Source: Octopus vulgaris
Lineage: Eukaryota
Reading direction: 5' to 3'
Assembly: GCA_951406725.2 (NCBI GenBank)
Contig: OX597814.1
Coordinates: 205,344,001-205,408,000 of the forward strand
DNA: 64,000 bases
Below, piece after piece: positions 38,576 to 51,356 of the stretch. Below the pieces are notes generated by a model. The model saw only the letters and a list, made by a program, of their open reading frames with translations. It did no database searches and was not told the DNA's origin. The position numbers and the translations under genes were made by a program. The first letter of the stretch is position 1. The number at the start of each line of letters is the position of its first letter.

Positions 38576-40110
38576 ACCTGTATAGTTAATCAGGTGATAC
38601 ATGAAGGAGTCATACCCAATGACTGGTGTAGCAGCATAATAGTCAACTGCTACAAAGGTAAAGGTGATGCCCTAGATACAAACAATTACAGAGGTATCAA
38701 GCTGTTGGATCAGGTGATGAAGGTTACAGAGAGGGTCATAAGCCAACTAATTAGAGAGAGAGTTAGTTTAGATGAGATGCAGTTTGGTTTCGTGCCAGGG
38801 AAAAGTACCACTGATGCTATATTCCTGGTAAGGCAGCTGCAGGAGAAATACCTAGCCAAAGGTAAGGCCCTGTACCTAGCTTTTGTTGACATGGAGAAAG
38901 CCTTCGACAGGGTCCCCCGATCACTCATATGGTGGTCAATGAGGAAACTAGGAATAGAAGAATGGTTAGTGAGAGCTGTGCAAGCCATGTACAGGGACGC
39001 TGCTAGTAAGGTGAGGGTTGGAAATGAGTACAGTGAAGAATTCCGGGTAGAGGTAGGGGTCCACCAAGGCTCAGTCCTCAGCCCCCTCCTATTTATCATA
39101 GTCCTCCAGGCAATAACGGAGGAATTCAAGACAGGATGCCCCTGGGAGCTCCTCTATGCTGATGACCTTGCTCTAATTGCTGAGTCATTATCAGAACTGG
39201 AGAAGAAGTTTCAGGTGTGGAAGCATGGTTTAGAATCGAAGGGCCTTAGAGTCAACCTAGCTAAAACCAAAGTCCTAATAAGTAGGAAGGTAGACAAATC
39301 ACAAACGCCTTCAGGTAGATGGCCCTGCTCGATCTGTAGAAAAGGTGTAGGTAGAAACTCTATAAGATGCACCAAGTGTAAGCTATGGACACATAAGAGG
39401 TGCAGCAATGTCATAGGAAGGCTAACTAGGAAGATGGTTTTTGTATGTGGCAGATGCTCGGGAGCATTAACCTCTGAAAATCTGCAGAAAACAACTTCCG
39501 TCACCTTCCAGGGGAAAAACTAGAAGTAGTTGATAGCTTCCGTTATCTTGGTGACCAAGTCAGTAATGGGGGTGGGTGTGCTGAAAGTGTAACGGCTAGA
39601 GTAAGAATAGCCTGGGCAAAGTTTAGGGAGCTCTTACCTCTGTTGGTGACTAAAGGCCTCTCACTCAGAGTAAAAGGCAGACTGTATGATGCATATGTAC
39701 GAACAGCCATGCTACATGGCAGTGAAACATGGGCCGTGACTGCTGAGGACATGCGTAAGCTCGCGAGAAATGAAGCTAGTATGCTCCGTTGGATGTGTAA
39801 TGTCAGTGTTCATAGTCGACAGAGTGTAAGTACCTTGAGAGAAAAGTTGGACCTAAGAGGAATCAGATGTTGTGTGCAAGAGAGATGATTGCGCTGGTAT
39901 GGTCATGTGATGAGAATGGATGAAGATAGGTGTGTGAAAAAGTGCCACACCCTGGCAGTTGAGGGGACCTGTGGAAGAGGTAGACCCAGGAAAACCTGGG
40001 TCGAGGTGGTGAAGCACGACCTTTGAACTCTAGGTCTCACCAAGGAAATGACCAGAGACCGAGACCTATGGAAGTATGCTGTGCGTGAGAAGACCCGGCA
40101 AGACCAGTGA
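38576..40110 (+). pseudogene. RTE ORF2 remnant (reverse transcriptase and C-terminus)
   Basis: Long open RT frame to 39523; continues in a shifted frame as GEKLEVVDSFRYLG...LHGSETW...RGRPRKTW. Confidence 0.9.
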
Positions 40111-40156
40111 GAACAATCAAAATCAAATCATATATCAGAAAGCAGGGGTTAAGTGA

Positions 40157-40640
40157 CCCATCCGTTCGTGTCCGCTGTCAGCCTCGTCTGGCACCCGTGC
40201 CGGTGATACGTAAAAGCACCATTCGCTCATGGCCGTTTGCCAGCTCTGCCTGGCCCCGTGTCGGTGGCACGTAAAAGCACCATCCGTTCGTGTTCGTTGT
40301 CAGCCTCGCCTGGCCCCGTGCCGGTGACACGTAAAAGCACCGTCCATTCGTGGCCGTTTGCCAGCTCTGTCTGGCCCCGTGTCGGTGGCACGTAAAAGCA
40401 CCGTCCGTTCGTGTCCGTTGCCAGCCTCGGCTGGCCCCCGTGCCGGTGACACGTAAAAGCACCGTCCGTTCGTGGCCGGTTGCCAGCTCTGTCTGGCCCC
40501 GTGTCGGTGGCACGTAAAAGCACCATCCGTTCGTGTCCGTTGCCAGCATCGCCTGGCCCCATGCCGGTGACACGTAAAAGCACCATCCGTTCGTGGCCGT
40601 TCGCCAGCTCTGTCTGGCACCTGTGCAGGTGGCACGTAAA
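40157..40640 (+). repeat. About 8 tandem ~61 bp units in the RTE 3' UTR
   Basis: Unit CCATCCGTTCGTG...CCGGTG(A/G)CACGTAAAAGCA with two alternating variants. Confidence 0.9.
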
Positions 40641-40940
40641 AAACACCCACTACACTCGCGGAGTGGTTGGCGTTAGGAAGGGCATCCAGCCGTAGAAACA
40701 CTGCCAGATCTGACTGGGCCTGACGAAGCCTTCCAGCTTCACAGACCCCAGTTGACTGTCCAACCCATGCTAGCATGGAAAGCGGACGCTAAACGATGAT
40801 GATGATGATGATGTGTATATATATATACATATGTGTATATATATACATATGTGTATATATATATATATTAGTATATATATATATATATTAGTATATATAT
40901 ATATATATTAGTATATATATACATATGTGTATATATATAT

Positions 40941-42349
40941 ATCATCATCATCATTTAACGTCCGCTTTCCATGCTAGCATGGGTTGGACGGTTCAACTGG
41001 GGTCTGGGGAGCCCGAAGGCTGCACCAGGCCAGTCAGATCTGGCAGTGTTTCTACAGCTGGATGCCCTTCCTAACGCCAACCACTCCGAGAGTGTAGTGG
41101 GTGATTTCATGTGCCACCGACACAGGTGCCAGACGAGGCTGGCGAACAGCCACGCTCGGATGGTGTTTTTATGTGCCACCGACACAGGTGCCAGACGAGG
41201 CTGGCAGACGGCCACGCTCGGATGGTGTTTTTATGTGCCACCGACACAGGTGCCAGACGAGGCTGGCAGATGGCCACGCTCGGACGGTGTTTGTTACGTG
41301 CCCACAGCACGGAGGCCAGTCGATGCGGTACTGGCTACGGTCCCGTTCGGATGGTTTTCTTATGTGCCACCGGCACTAATTTTCCACAAGGATACAAATT
41401 CCATTGATGTTCATCTATTTTGATTTGGTTTGACTTGATTTGACTTGACTTGATATATATTAGTGTATATATATACATATGTGTATATATATATATATAT
41501 AGTATATATATACATATGTGCGTATATATATATATATATATATGTATAAAAAGCACCCACTACACTCACAGAATGGTTGGCATTAGGAAGGGCATCCAGC
41601 CATAGAAACACTGCCAGATCAGACTGGAGCCTGGTGCAGCCTCCTGGCTTCCCAGACCCCGGTCAAACTGTCCAACCCATGCTAGCATGGAAAACAGACG
41701 TTAAACAGTGATGATGATGATATAAGTATATCATCATCATCATCATCATCGTTTAACGTCCGCTTTCCATGCTAGCATGGGTTGGACGGTTCAACTGGGG
41801 TCTGGGAAGCCCGAAGGCTGCACCAGGCCAGTCAGATGTGGCAGTGTTTCTACAGCTGGATGCCCTTCCTGCGCCAACCACTCCGAGAGTGTAGTGGGTG
41901 ATTTTATGTGCCACCGACACAGGTGCCAGACGAGGCTGGCAGACGGCCACGCTCGGATGGTGTTTTTTATGTGCCACCGACACAGGTGCCAGACGAGGCT
42001 GGCAGACGGCCACGCTCGGATGGTGTTTTCTTATGTGTCACCGACACAGGTGCCAGACGAGGCTGGCGGACGGCCACGCTCGGATGGTGTTTGTTACGTG
42101 CCCTCAGCACGGAGGCCAGTCATTGCGGTACTGGCTACGGTCACGTTCGGATGGTTTTCTTATGTGCCACCGGCACTAATTTCCACAAGGATACAAATTC
42201 CATTGATGTTCATCTATTTTGATTTGGTTCGATTTGATTCGATACGATTCGATTCTCACTTGCCTCAACAGGTCTTCACAAGTGTCACAAGAAGGAAGGT
42301 ATGCACAGGTGGACTGACTACGTCCCAGGTAGGGGCCACGGATTATGGC

Positions 42350-42352
<3 letters not shown>
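40941..42352. mobile_element. Three RTE-tail copies (40941-41452 -, 41548-41721 +, 41730-42352 -)
   Basis: Two near-identical minus copies with internal ~61 bp repeats, and a short plus copy between them. Confidence 0.85.
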
Positions 42353-42750
<398 letters not shown>

Positions 42751-42754
42751 GTCA

Positions 42755-42846
42755 GCCTGCATAGCGCAGTCGGTAGAGCATCAGACTTTTAAGAACTGTC
42801 AAGTGATGAAATCTGGGGGTCGAGGGTTCAAGTTCCTCTGCGGGTG
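42755..42846 (+). tRNA. tRNA-Lys-TTT: tRNA-Lys(UUU) gene or pseudogene with a 19-nt intron (42792-42810)
   Basis: 73-nt cloverleaf after intron removal: acceptor GCCTGCA/TGCGGGT, D arm GCGC/GAGC (one mismatch), anticodon arm TCAGA-CTTTTAA-TCTGG, T arm GAGGG-TTCAAGT-TCCTC; intron at position 37/38. Confidence 0.85.
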
Positions 42847-42852
42847 ACTAGA

Positions 42853-44500
42853 GCCAGGGCAAATAATATACTGGATCTCTGCTTCACAAACAATATGGAC
42901 ATTATCCATAATGTTAAAGTGATACCGACATTGGTCTCGCATCACAACATAATAAAGCTGTCTATGTATGGACCAAAAGCATCCGCAGACACACAGCCTA
43001 TATGAAGCATCCACAATCTCTCCAAACTAAACTTTCATAAAGCAAATTGGAAGTTGATTGAGAAAGAGATCCTCAAACAGGATTGGCCTAAATGTCTTTC
43101 CACACTAGACATTGACATGACACACAAACGTTTCATGTCCATAATACAAGCCATATGTGACAAATATGTCTCAGTGTGCAGGGCCAGCACACACAAAAAC
43201 AGGATCCCTAGAGAAAGGAAGATTCTTATGAGACGACGGACAAGGATTGCGAACCGCCTGATCAAGCACACCAAAAGTGGTGAGACGTCTCACCTTGAGA
43301 GAACGCTAATGGAAATTGAGAAAAGTCTGCACCAGCCTTATGAAAAGGAGAGAGCAGATAAAGAAGCTTGGGCAATAAAAAATATCAAGTCAAACCCTAA
43401 AGCTTTCTTTAGATGATGATATCACGCTGGCCATAGATGAGATTGAAACAAACTCAGCTGCGTGACCTGATGGATTTCCAGCGATCCTTCTCAAATCATA
43501 CAAACGAGCCCTTGCAAAACTGCTACAGCTTCTTTTACAGTGCTTTCTTGCAAGTGGTAAGCTCCCAGTCAAATTGAAAGAAGGGATAATATGCCCTATC
43601 CATAAGGGAGGAAGCAGAGCAGATGCTAAAAAATTATAGGTCTATCTCTCTGACCTCACACATCAGCAAAGTCATGGAACGAATAGTCTGCAAGAAGCTA
43701 ATCATGTTCCTTGAAGAAAATGACTTGCTGACTGACACCCAGCATGGATTTCGACCAGGTAGAAGCTGTCTAACACAGCTCCTGCAACACTATGGCTGGG
43801 TGTTAAAACAGCTACTAAATGGCTCAAGTGTGATTGTGATATATCTCGACTTTGCAAAAGCCTTTGATAAAGTCGACCATGGTATGATCTGTCACAAACT
43901 GCATGATCTCGGCATAGGCAGAAAACTAGGAGAGTGGCTGCACAACTTCCTAAAAGATAGAAGGCAGGCAGTTGTGGCCAATGGAGCCACCTCCAAGGAA
44001 ACACAAATAACAAGCGGTGTTTCACAGGGCACTGTCTTGGGGCCACTGCTGTTCATAGTGGCCCTTTCGGATATGCCCTCAGTTGCAAAGATGGCCACCC
44101 TTGTTATCTATGCAGATGACACAAAGTTACCCCAACGGCAGAGTGGGGCGCCACTGCATGGTGCCAAAGATCCCAGCATCACCATCAAAATACAGGATCA
44201 GATACTGCAACAGCTTGGGTTTCAGGGGACCACAGCTCTTCAATATACTTCATAAATGCCTGAGAGACCTGCATGGTGTGGATGTGGATTTCTTTAAAAC
44301 TAAACTGGATCTCTTCTTGTCAGGGGTTCCAGATGAACCTACCTCTCAGCAGGAAACACAGAATGGGCAGTGACATTGAACTCCCTTGTTGATCAAGTGC
44401 CACGTATCAGAGGTGGTTTCACATACTAGTGTAGCTCATTCAACGGTGGTGCCCCAGCATGGCCGCAGCCTTCAGGCTGTAATATTTTTGAGGATTTAAG
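42853..44500 (+). mobile_element. 5'-truncated, internally deleted CR1/L2-group LINE
   Basis: APE C-terminus (RANNILDLCFTN..SHH), RT motifs NYRSISLTS, QHGFRPGRSC, YLDFAKAFDKVDH, SGVSQGTVLGPLLF, YADD, C-terminal FKTKLDLFLSGVPDEP; deletions near 43411 and 44130. Confidence 0.9.
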
Positions 44501-44677
44501 GATATGTGTATATATATATATAGTATATATATAAGTATGTATATATATATGTATATATATATGTAAGTATGTATATATATATATGTGTGTGTGTATACAT
44601 ATAAGTATATATATATGTGTGTATATATATAAGTATATATATGTGTATATATATATAAAGTATATCTATATATGTGC

Positions 44678-44720
<43 letters not shown>

Positions 44721-44786
44721 TATATATAAATATATGTGTGTGTATATATATGAGTATATATATGTGTATGTATATATATATGTATG

Positions 44787-44819
<33 letters not shown>

Positions 44820-46075
44820 GAGTATATATATGCATGTGTGCATATATATATATGATATATATATGCATGTGTGCATATATATATCAGTATATATATACAT
44901 GTGTGCATATATATATGAGTATATATATATACATGTGTACATATATATATGAGTATATATATCTATATACATGTGTGCATATATATATGAGTATATATAT
45001 ACATGTGTGTGCACATATATATAAGTATATATATACATGTGTGTATATATATAAGTATATATATATACATGTGTGTATATATAAGTATATATATACATGT
45101 GTATATATATATAAGTATATATATATATACATGTGTATATATATATATATAAGTATATATATACATGTGTGTATATATATATAAGTATATATATACATGT
45201 GTGTATATATATAATTATATATATACATGTGTGTATATATATATAAGTATATATATACATGTGTGTATATATATAATTATATATATACATGTGTGTATAT
45301 ATACATAAGTATATATGTGTGTATATATATATAAGTATATAAAACTTAGATATGTTTCGACCAAAGATTGGTCCAGGCCATGTCTAACTTAATATAAGTA
45401 TATATATACATGTGTGCATATATATATAAGTATATATATATACATGTGTGTATATATATATAAGTATATATATATACGTGTGTATATATATATATAAGTA
45501 TATATATATACATGTGTGTATATATATAAGTATATATATATACATGTGTGTATATATATATAAGTATATATATATACATGTGTATATATACATGTGTGTA
45601 TATATAGCATATATATGTGTGTATATCTACATAAGTATATATGTGTGTATATATATATATGTGTATATATATATAACTATATATGTGTATATATATAACT
45701 ATGTATATGTGTATATATATATAGAAGTGTATATATATAAGTATATATGTGTATATATATAAGTATATATGTGTGTATATATATATATGTGTATATATAT
45801 ATATATATGTGTATATATATATATATATGTGTGTATATATATATATATATGTGTGTATATATATATATATATGTGTATATATATATATATGTGTATATAT
45901 GTATATAAGTGTATATATGTATATAAGTATATATATGTATATATGTATATATGTATTAATGTGTATATATATATGTATATATGTGTGTATATATATATAC
46001 TTATATGTATATAAGTATATATATGTATATATATATGTGTATATATATGTATATATGTGTGTGTATATATATATA
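44500..46075. repeat. Long TA-rich micro/minisatellite (TATATAAGTATATATATACATGTGTG-like units)
   Basis: Direct inspection; contains a ~50 bp LINE-tail fragment at 45345-45392. Confidence 0.9.
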
Positions 46076-46079
46076 AATC

Positions 46080-46410
46080 CTTAAAATCCTTAAAAATGCT
46101 TTAGCCTGAAGGCCGCGGCCATGCTGGGGCACCACCACTGAATGAGCTACACTAATTTGTGAATCCACCTCTGATACGTGGCACTTGATCAACAAGGGAG
46201 TTCGATGCTGCTGCCCGCATCCGCGTCTCCTGTCGTGAGGTAGGTTCATCTGGGACTCCCAACAAGAAGAGATCCAGTTTAGTTTTAAAGAAACCCACAT
46301 CCACACCATGTAAGTCTCTCAGGCATTTAGGGAGGATGTTAAAGAGCTGTGGTCCTCTGAAACCCAAGCTGTTGCAGAATCTGGACCTGTATTTCGATGG
46401 TGATGTTGGA
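46080..46410 (-). mobile_element. 3' end of the same CR1/L2-group LINE family
   Basis: [41 protein letters not shown]; homologous to 44190-44500. Confidence 0.85.
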
Positions 46411-46636
46411 ATGTATATATATGTATATATATGTATATATATATATTAGTATGTATATGTATATATATACATGTATATATATGTTTATATATGTATATAT
46501 AGATATGTATAAGCATGTATATATATGTTTATATATGTATATATAGATATGTATAAGCATATATATATATATGTGTGTGTGTGTGTGTATAAGTATATAT
46601 ACATGTGTATATATATATATAGATATATGTATATAT

Positions 46637-46822
46637 AACTTAGATATGTTTTGACCAAAGCTTTGTCCAGGCCATGTCTAACTTAATAGCACCACCTGAT
46701 AAGATTAGCTAAGTCCTTTTTAAATCATGTTTTGAAGTATCATGGTCCATTCAAGTAGGGAGTTCTGGAGTGAGTTGTCTCCATTTATAAGTGAGTTATC
46801 TGGTATTCCTTGAAGGAATTTA
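46637..46822 (-). mobile_element. 3' end of a second CR1/L2-group LINE family
   Basis: MFKQNLDKFLQGIPDN and a 3' stem-loop TTAGACATG...CATATCTAA. Confidence 0.65.
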
Positions 46823-46998
46823 TCCAGATTCTGTTTAAACATGACACACACACACACACACACACACTTATGCACATGTATACACACACACTTATACACA
46901 TGTATACACACACACATATGCACATGTATACACACACACATACACACTCACACACACACACATATATATCTATACGCACACACACAAATATATGTACT

Positions 46999-47032
<34 letters not shown>

Positions 47033-48382
47033 TGTTTATTACATATGAACAACCACACGTCTCAATTATATTGAACTTCCAAATAGAATGCATCGATATT
47101 ATTATTACTGCCTGCATAAAATCAAATTTCTTATTATTGTAAAAGCTGAATAAGACTTACCGTAGGTGTTGTACAACTGCACTCAATCCCTAATTGTGGT
47201 ACCTTAAATGATATCCTTAAATTTACCCTTCACTTTTTATGTCTTGCTGACCATAGAGAGGGTTAGGGGAAGATGTGGTGAAAATTCTTGACCAGTCCAC
47301 CTACTTGATGGATGATGTGAGAAGGCTTTGGAAAGTGAGACTTTGATGTTGTTACTCCTAGGAACACATGTGCAATATCATAGCAAACCTTACCTGCACT
47401 CTCACTTTACCTTACACCCAACCACCCCTAGTCTCCCTTCATACCCATCTTGTAGTTATTTCCCCCTCCCTCCACTACTCAATCACCACTTACCTTCTTC
47501 CTTGTTAACCCACCCCTCCACTACTTTATACCCCCCTCTATAAATGTGAGCCTAAGGTTTTATTTGGTTTTTATATGTTTTTATATATTCATTTTGTGTT
47601 GTTGCACCTACCTACTTCATTGCTTTCTTGCCACCCCCCCCCCCAACACTTTGACTCCTGATACAAATACCTTAAAATACATTTATTTATGTTTACAGAA
47701 TGAAGATGGTGGCGGTTTGGTGTAGTGAAGGTGGCACTGTGGTTAGAGAGATGGTGGTGGTGTTGATGGTGTATATGTGAGGGCTGGGGGCACTCTGTGA
47801 AGAGAAACAGCAGGCAACCTTTCAGCTGCTATAAATAAACCCGACTTCAACAAGATCTTTCTCATTTCTCTATCCCAGCCGGTTTACCTTAACGGCTTTG
47901 CCTGATATGAAAACCTTACTTGCACCATACCCCAGGCAAGTGCTACCAAAAATAAATAGAAGGTGGGGTTATTATAGAGATGCTATGATAGGGCCAGCCG
48001 TTGATAAGAACGGTTGGAATGAAAGTGCTGGGTGTCTGTAAATGGAGTCGAGTATACCCTGAAATAGAACAGAAAGCATTTTACCTACATTGAAACACTA
48101 ACATTGTTCCAATCGATATACAATCTGTGTTCTTGCCTTAAACTTCCTCGCCCTATCTTTAGAAGGGTGGAATATTTCACAGGTTACATTATCATTCCCA
48201 CCTGAGAGTTGGTTGGTTTTGAACCAAAGTAAGCGTTGGTTCAATTCTCTATGAATTTACCTTTGTGATATCTTAAAACATTCTCTTTACTATCTCCTGT
48301 ACTACTGCATAACTATGTCCTATACTTCTGTACTGCTATGCCTTATACTACAATAGTACTGTGGCCTATACATCTATATCAC

Positions 48383-48635
48383 TATGTCATGTACTACAAT
48401 ATTACTATGCCATATACTACAATATTACTATGTCTTGTACTACAATATTACTATGTCTTGTACTACAATATTACTATGTCTTGTACTACAATATTACTAT
48501 GTCTTGTACTACAATATTACTATGCCTTGTACTACAATATTACTATGCCTTGTATTACAATATTACAATGTCTTGTACTACAATATTACTATGTCCTATA
48601 CTACTATATTACTATGTCCTATACTACAATACTAC
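48383..48635. repeat. 23 bp minisatellite (TACTACAATATTACTATGTCTTG), about 10-11 copies
   Basis: Direct inspection; decayed units at about 48290-48380 and 49095-49330. Confidence 0.9.
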
Positions 48636-49584
48636 CATATTTCCTGTACCACTACAGAACTATGTCTGATAGCTTTACATTTCAATGCAATAAATTGGAT
48701 GAGTCATTAGAAACACAGAATTTGCTGTGGTACTCTGAATTTTGAGTTCAAACACTGCCACAGCATATTTCCCTTTCCATCCTCTCAGGGTTGAAAAAAT
48801 GTAGCAACCCAGGTTGGTTTACTAGCAGGACTGGTATCACATACGATGATAACGTTTTGGTATTTGTACTGTCCCTTAGGGTTCTGGCTGTAATGCCTGC
48901 TAATACATTGATGGCAAGTTGTATCAGATTTTAAGAGAAGCCCTTTGGACAACACTGGGGACATGGACTGGAGCAACTTGCACACATGGGGGTCTGCTAG
49001 TTTTCATCAGAAGCAAACACATTGCATGCACACATGCGCGCGCACACACACACATACACACACACACACTACACTATTTAACAGTAACCACTTTTACTAT
49101 ATGACTATACTTTCCTGCACTACTATGATATGTTTTATAGTACTATCTCCTGTACCACTATATTACTATATTCTGCACTACAATGTTAGTATATGAAGCA
49201 ATGCTATATTTGTATACTCTGTACTAATCTACTACTATATCCTATACTTCTGTGTCCCACACAACTATTATACCTTGTCTCATGATACTATGTGTTACAC
49301 TAATATATTAATGTATCCTGCATTTCTATATTCTTTTCTACTCTAGGCACAGGGCCCGAAAGTTTTGGGGAGGGGGCCAGTGGATTAGATTGACCCCAGT
49401 ACACAACTGGTACTTAATTTATTGACCCCGAAAGGATGAAAGGCAAAGTCGACCTCAGCAGAATTTGAACTCAAAACATAGACAGATGTGCTAACGTTTC
49501 TGCCAGCTCACTACCTTTAACTGTATTCTAAATAACTATTTTACTTTATCCTATGCTACAATAAATATCAATAAGTCCTTTGTT

Positions 49585-49900
49585 TAAAGCACAGAAAATA
49601 ATCCTGATTAAGCTTACAATCCCATGGGAAGAAGGTTGCAATCAAGCCTTTGAATGGAAGTGTGCCAATACCAAAACTTTTGACAAGATTGTTAGGATGA
49701 GGGATGGCAGTCATTACTATTCCCAATTGAGGTTGAAAGGTAGAGGATTCCTAGCCCAGTCTATATGGAAAATGCTTACTGCCATTGGAAAAAGAGGAAG
49801 AGAGGGAAAGGCAGTAGAAAGAGTCTTTTGCTGATTATGGAATAAAAGAGAGGAGTTAAGCTGGAAGTTAGGAGAATATAAGGAGTAATTATTTGGCCAT
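49585..49900 (+). mobile_element. RLE non-LTR retrotransposon 3' remnant (HERO/NeSL-like)
   Basis: KIILIKLTIPWEE...GRGFLAQSIWKMLTAIG...LWNKREE matches the ELTVPWE/GCRGF/WLW pattern. Confidence 0.65.
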
Positions 49901-50821
49901 TGCTGCTGACCCACCAACGAGAGAGTGTTATGGATCAGTTGAATCAGCCAATGGCTGCTGGATATTGTTTGATGACATCAGCTCCTCCTGGTCAAAGCTG
50001 CATTCACCAAAGGGGAATAAAGAAGAAGCATCTTCATTTAGTTTCACACAAACATGATCCAATCATTCAGAAATTTGAATTTGGAAACCTGTTGAAAAAA
50101 CCCTGTCCAAATAACAAAAGCCCCATTAACCAACCCCCTATAAAGCTTGGTCTCCTCTGGACTGTGTCCAATCCCTATGTCTCTTCCACTTCATCTCCAA
50201 TTGATTATTTAGCTCCTCTGTATGTAACTAAGTTAGTTACAATCACACCTTTTTTGTTTCTCACTCCTCTACATCTCACCCCTGTTCTCATACTAAACAC
50301 ACTCAAATCCTTCTTCTCTTTACAAACTTTTCAAACATACACTAGCTCCATATCTGACCCCAACTGTACATATTAACTGTTTCAGATTTTAGCACATATC
50401 CAGCAGTTTTAGGGGAAGGGAACAAGTCAGTTACTTTGACTCCATTACTTAACTGGTGCTTTATTTCCCCAGCTCCTAAAGAATGAAAGGCAAAGCTGTT
50501 CTCTGTGAGATTTGAACTCAGAATGTAAAGAGCCAGAAAAGCTTCCACTAAGCAATTTGTCAGGTTTGCTAATGATTCTGCCATATTGCTGCCTTAATAC
50601 TACTAATAGCAAGTTCATGCAGAAGGGAGCATTGCTTGGTAGTACAAGGAGTCTTCACAAAGTCCTTAAGACTTGAAAAGAATATACCACCTTAGTTCAC
50701 AGGAGGTGAAAGGCTGGTACCTTAATGATTATGTTAGAAATGATAATAATAATGATAATTACAATAGTAATAATAATAGTGCTTGGTAGTGCAGTGAAAG
50801 TATGTGATAAAAATAATGATG

Positions 50822-50861
<40 letters not shown>

Positions 50862-51314
50862 TGATGATGATGATAATGATTTCATTTATTTGCCACAAGG
50901 ACGAAGGATGAGGGGGACAATACAAAGACAGATATATAATGAAATGATAAAAAAGAGAAAGTAAGTATACACAGCATACACTGAAAAAGAAGGGACATAT
51001 GCATTGCATACAAAGGTAAAAGGAAAAAAAAAAATGAAAAATAAAGCAAGAACTGTTTCTGTTATTGTAGGTGACCTAAGTATGATAAAAATGGGATGTC
51101 AGAAACATCTAGATAACATCCAAGGAGAACGTGTTTCAAAGAAATCTAGAAGATTGTGCTAACAAGTACTGCCTATGTCCTTAGAAAAACCCTATCAATT
51201 TATATGTCTGTGTTGTACTACATGAAGATATTTCGCTACTACCCCTGCCAGTTTCCCTCCCCAAGCTTTCAGTGTCTTGGAAAGTGATTGTAACAAACAT
51301 GCAGATCAAAAGTA

Positions 51315-51355
<41 letters not shown>

Positions 51356-51356
<1 letters not shown>

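Larger units (their letters stand above)
38576..40812 (+). mobile_element. 5'-truncated, relatively young RTE-clade LINE with RT, a PHD-like finger and a tandem-repeat 3' UTR
   Basis: RT motifs NYRGIKLL, QFGFVPGKST, FVDMEKAFD, GVHQGSVLSPLLF, LLYADD; PHD-like CSIC..CTKC..HKRC..CGRC; frameshift at about 39512; TGA stops at likely CGA codons; (GAT)n tail. Confidence 0.95.

Noticed and set aside
40157-40640. CRISPR-like regular repeats
   Set aside because: Contiguous tandem units without unique spacers, inside a LINE 3' UTR, in eukaryotic DNA with no cas genes.
47259-47269. Telomerase-RNA-like template CCCTAACCCT on the minus strand
   Set aside because: No U-rich pseudoknot or H/ACA domain nearby; better explained as a branch point or chance.
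48135-48146. U12 snRNA 5' end (TGCCTTAAACTT)
   Set aside because: Similarity stops after 12 nt.
48383-48635. Possible CRISPR array or repeat protein (ORFs 48338-48745)
   Set aside because: A simple 23 bp head-to-tail minisatellite with no spacers.
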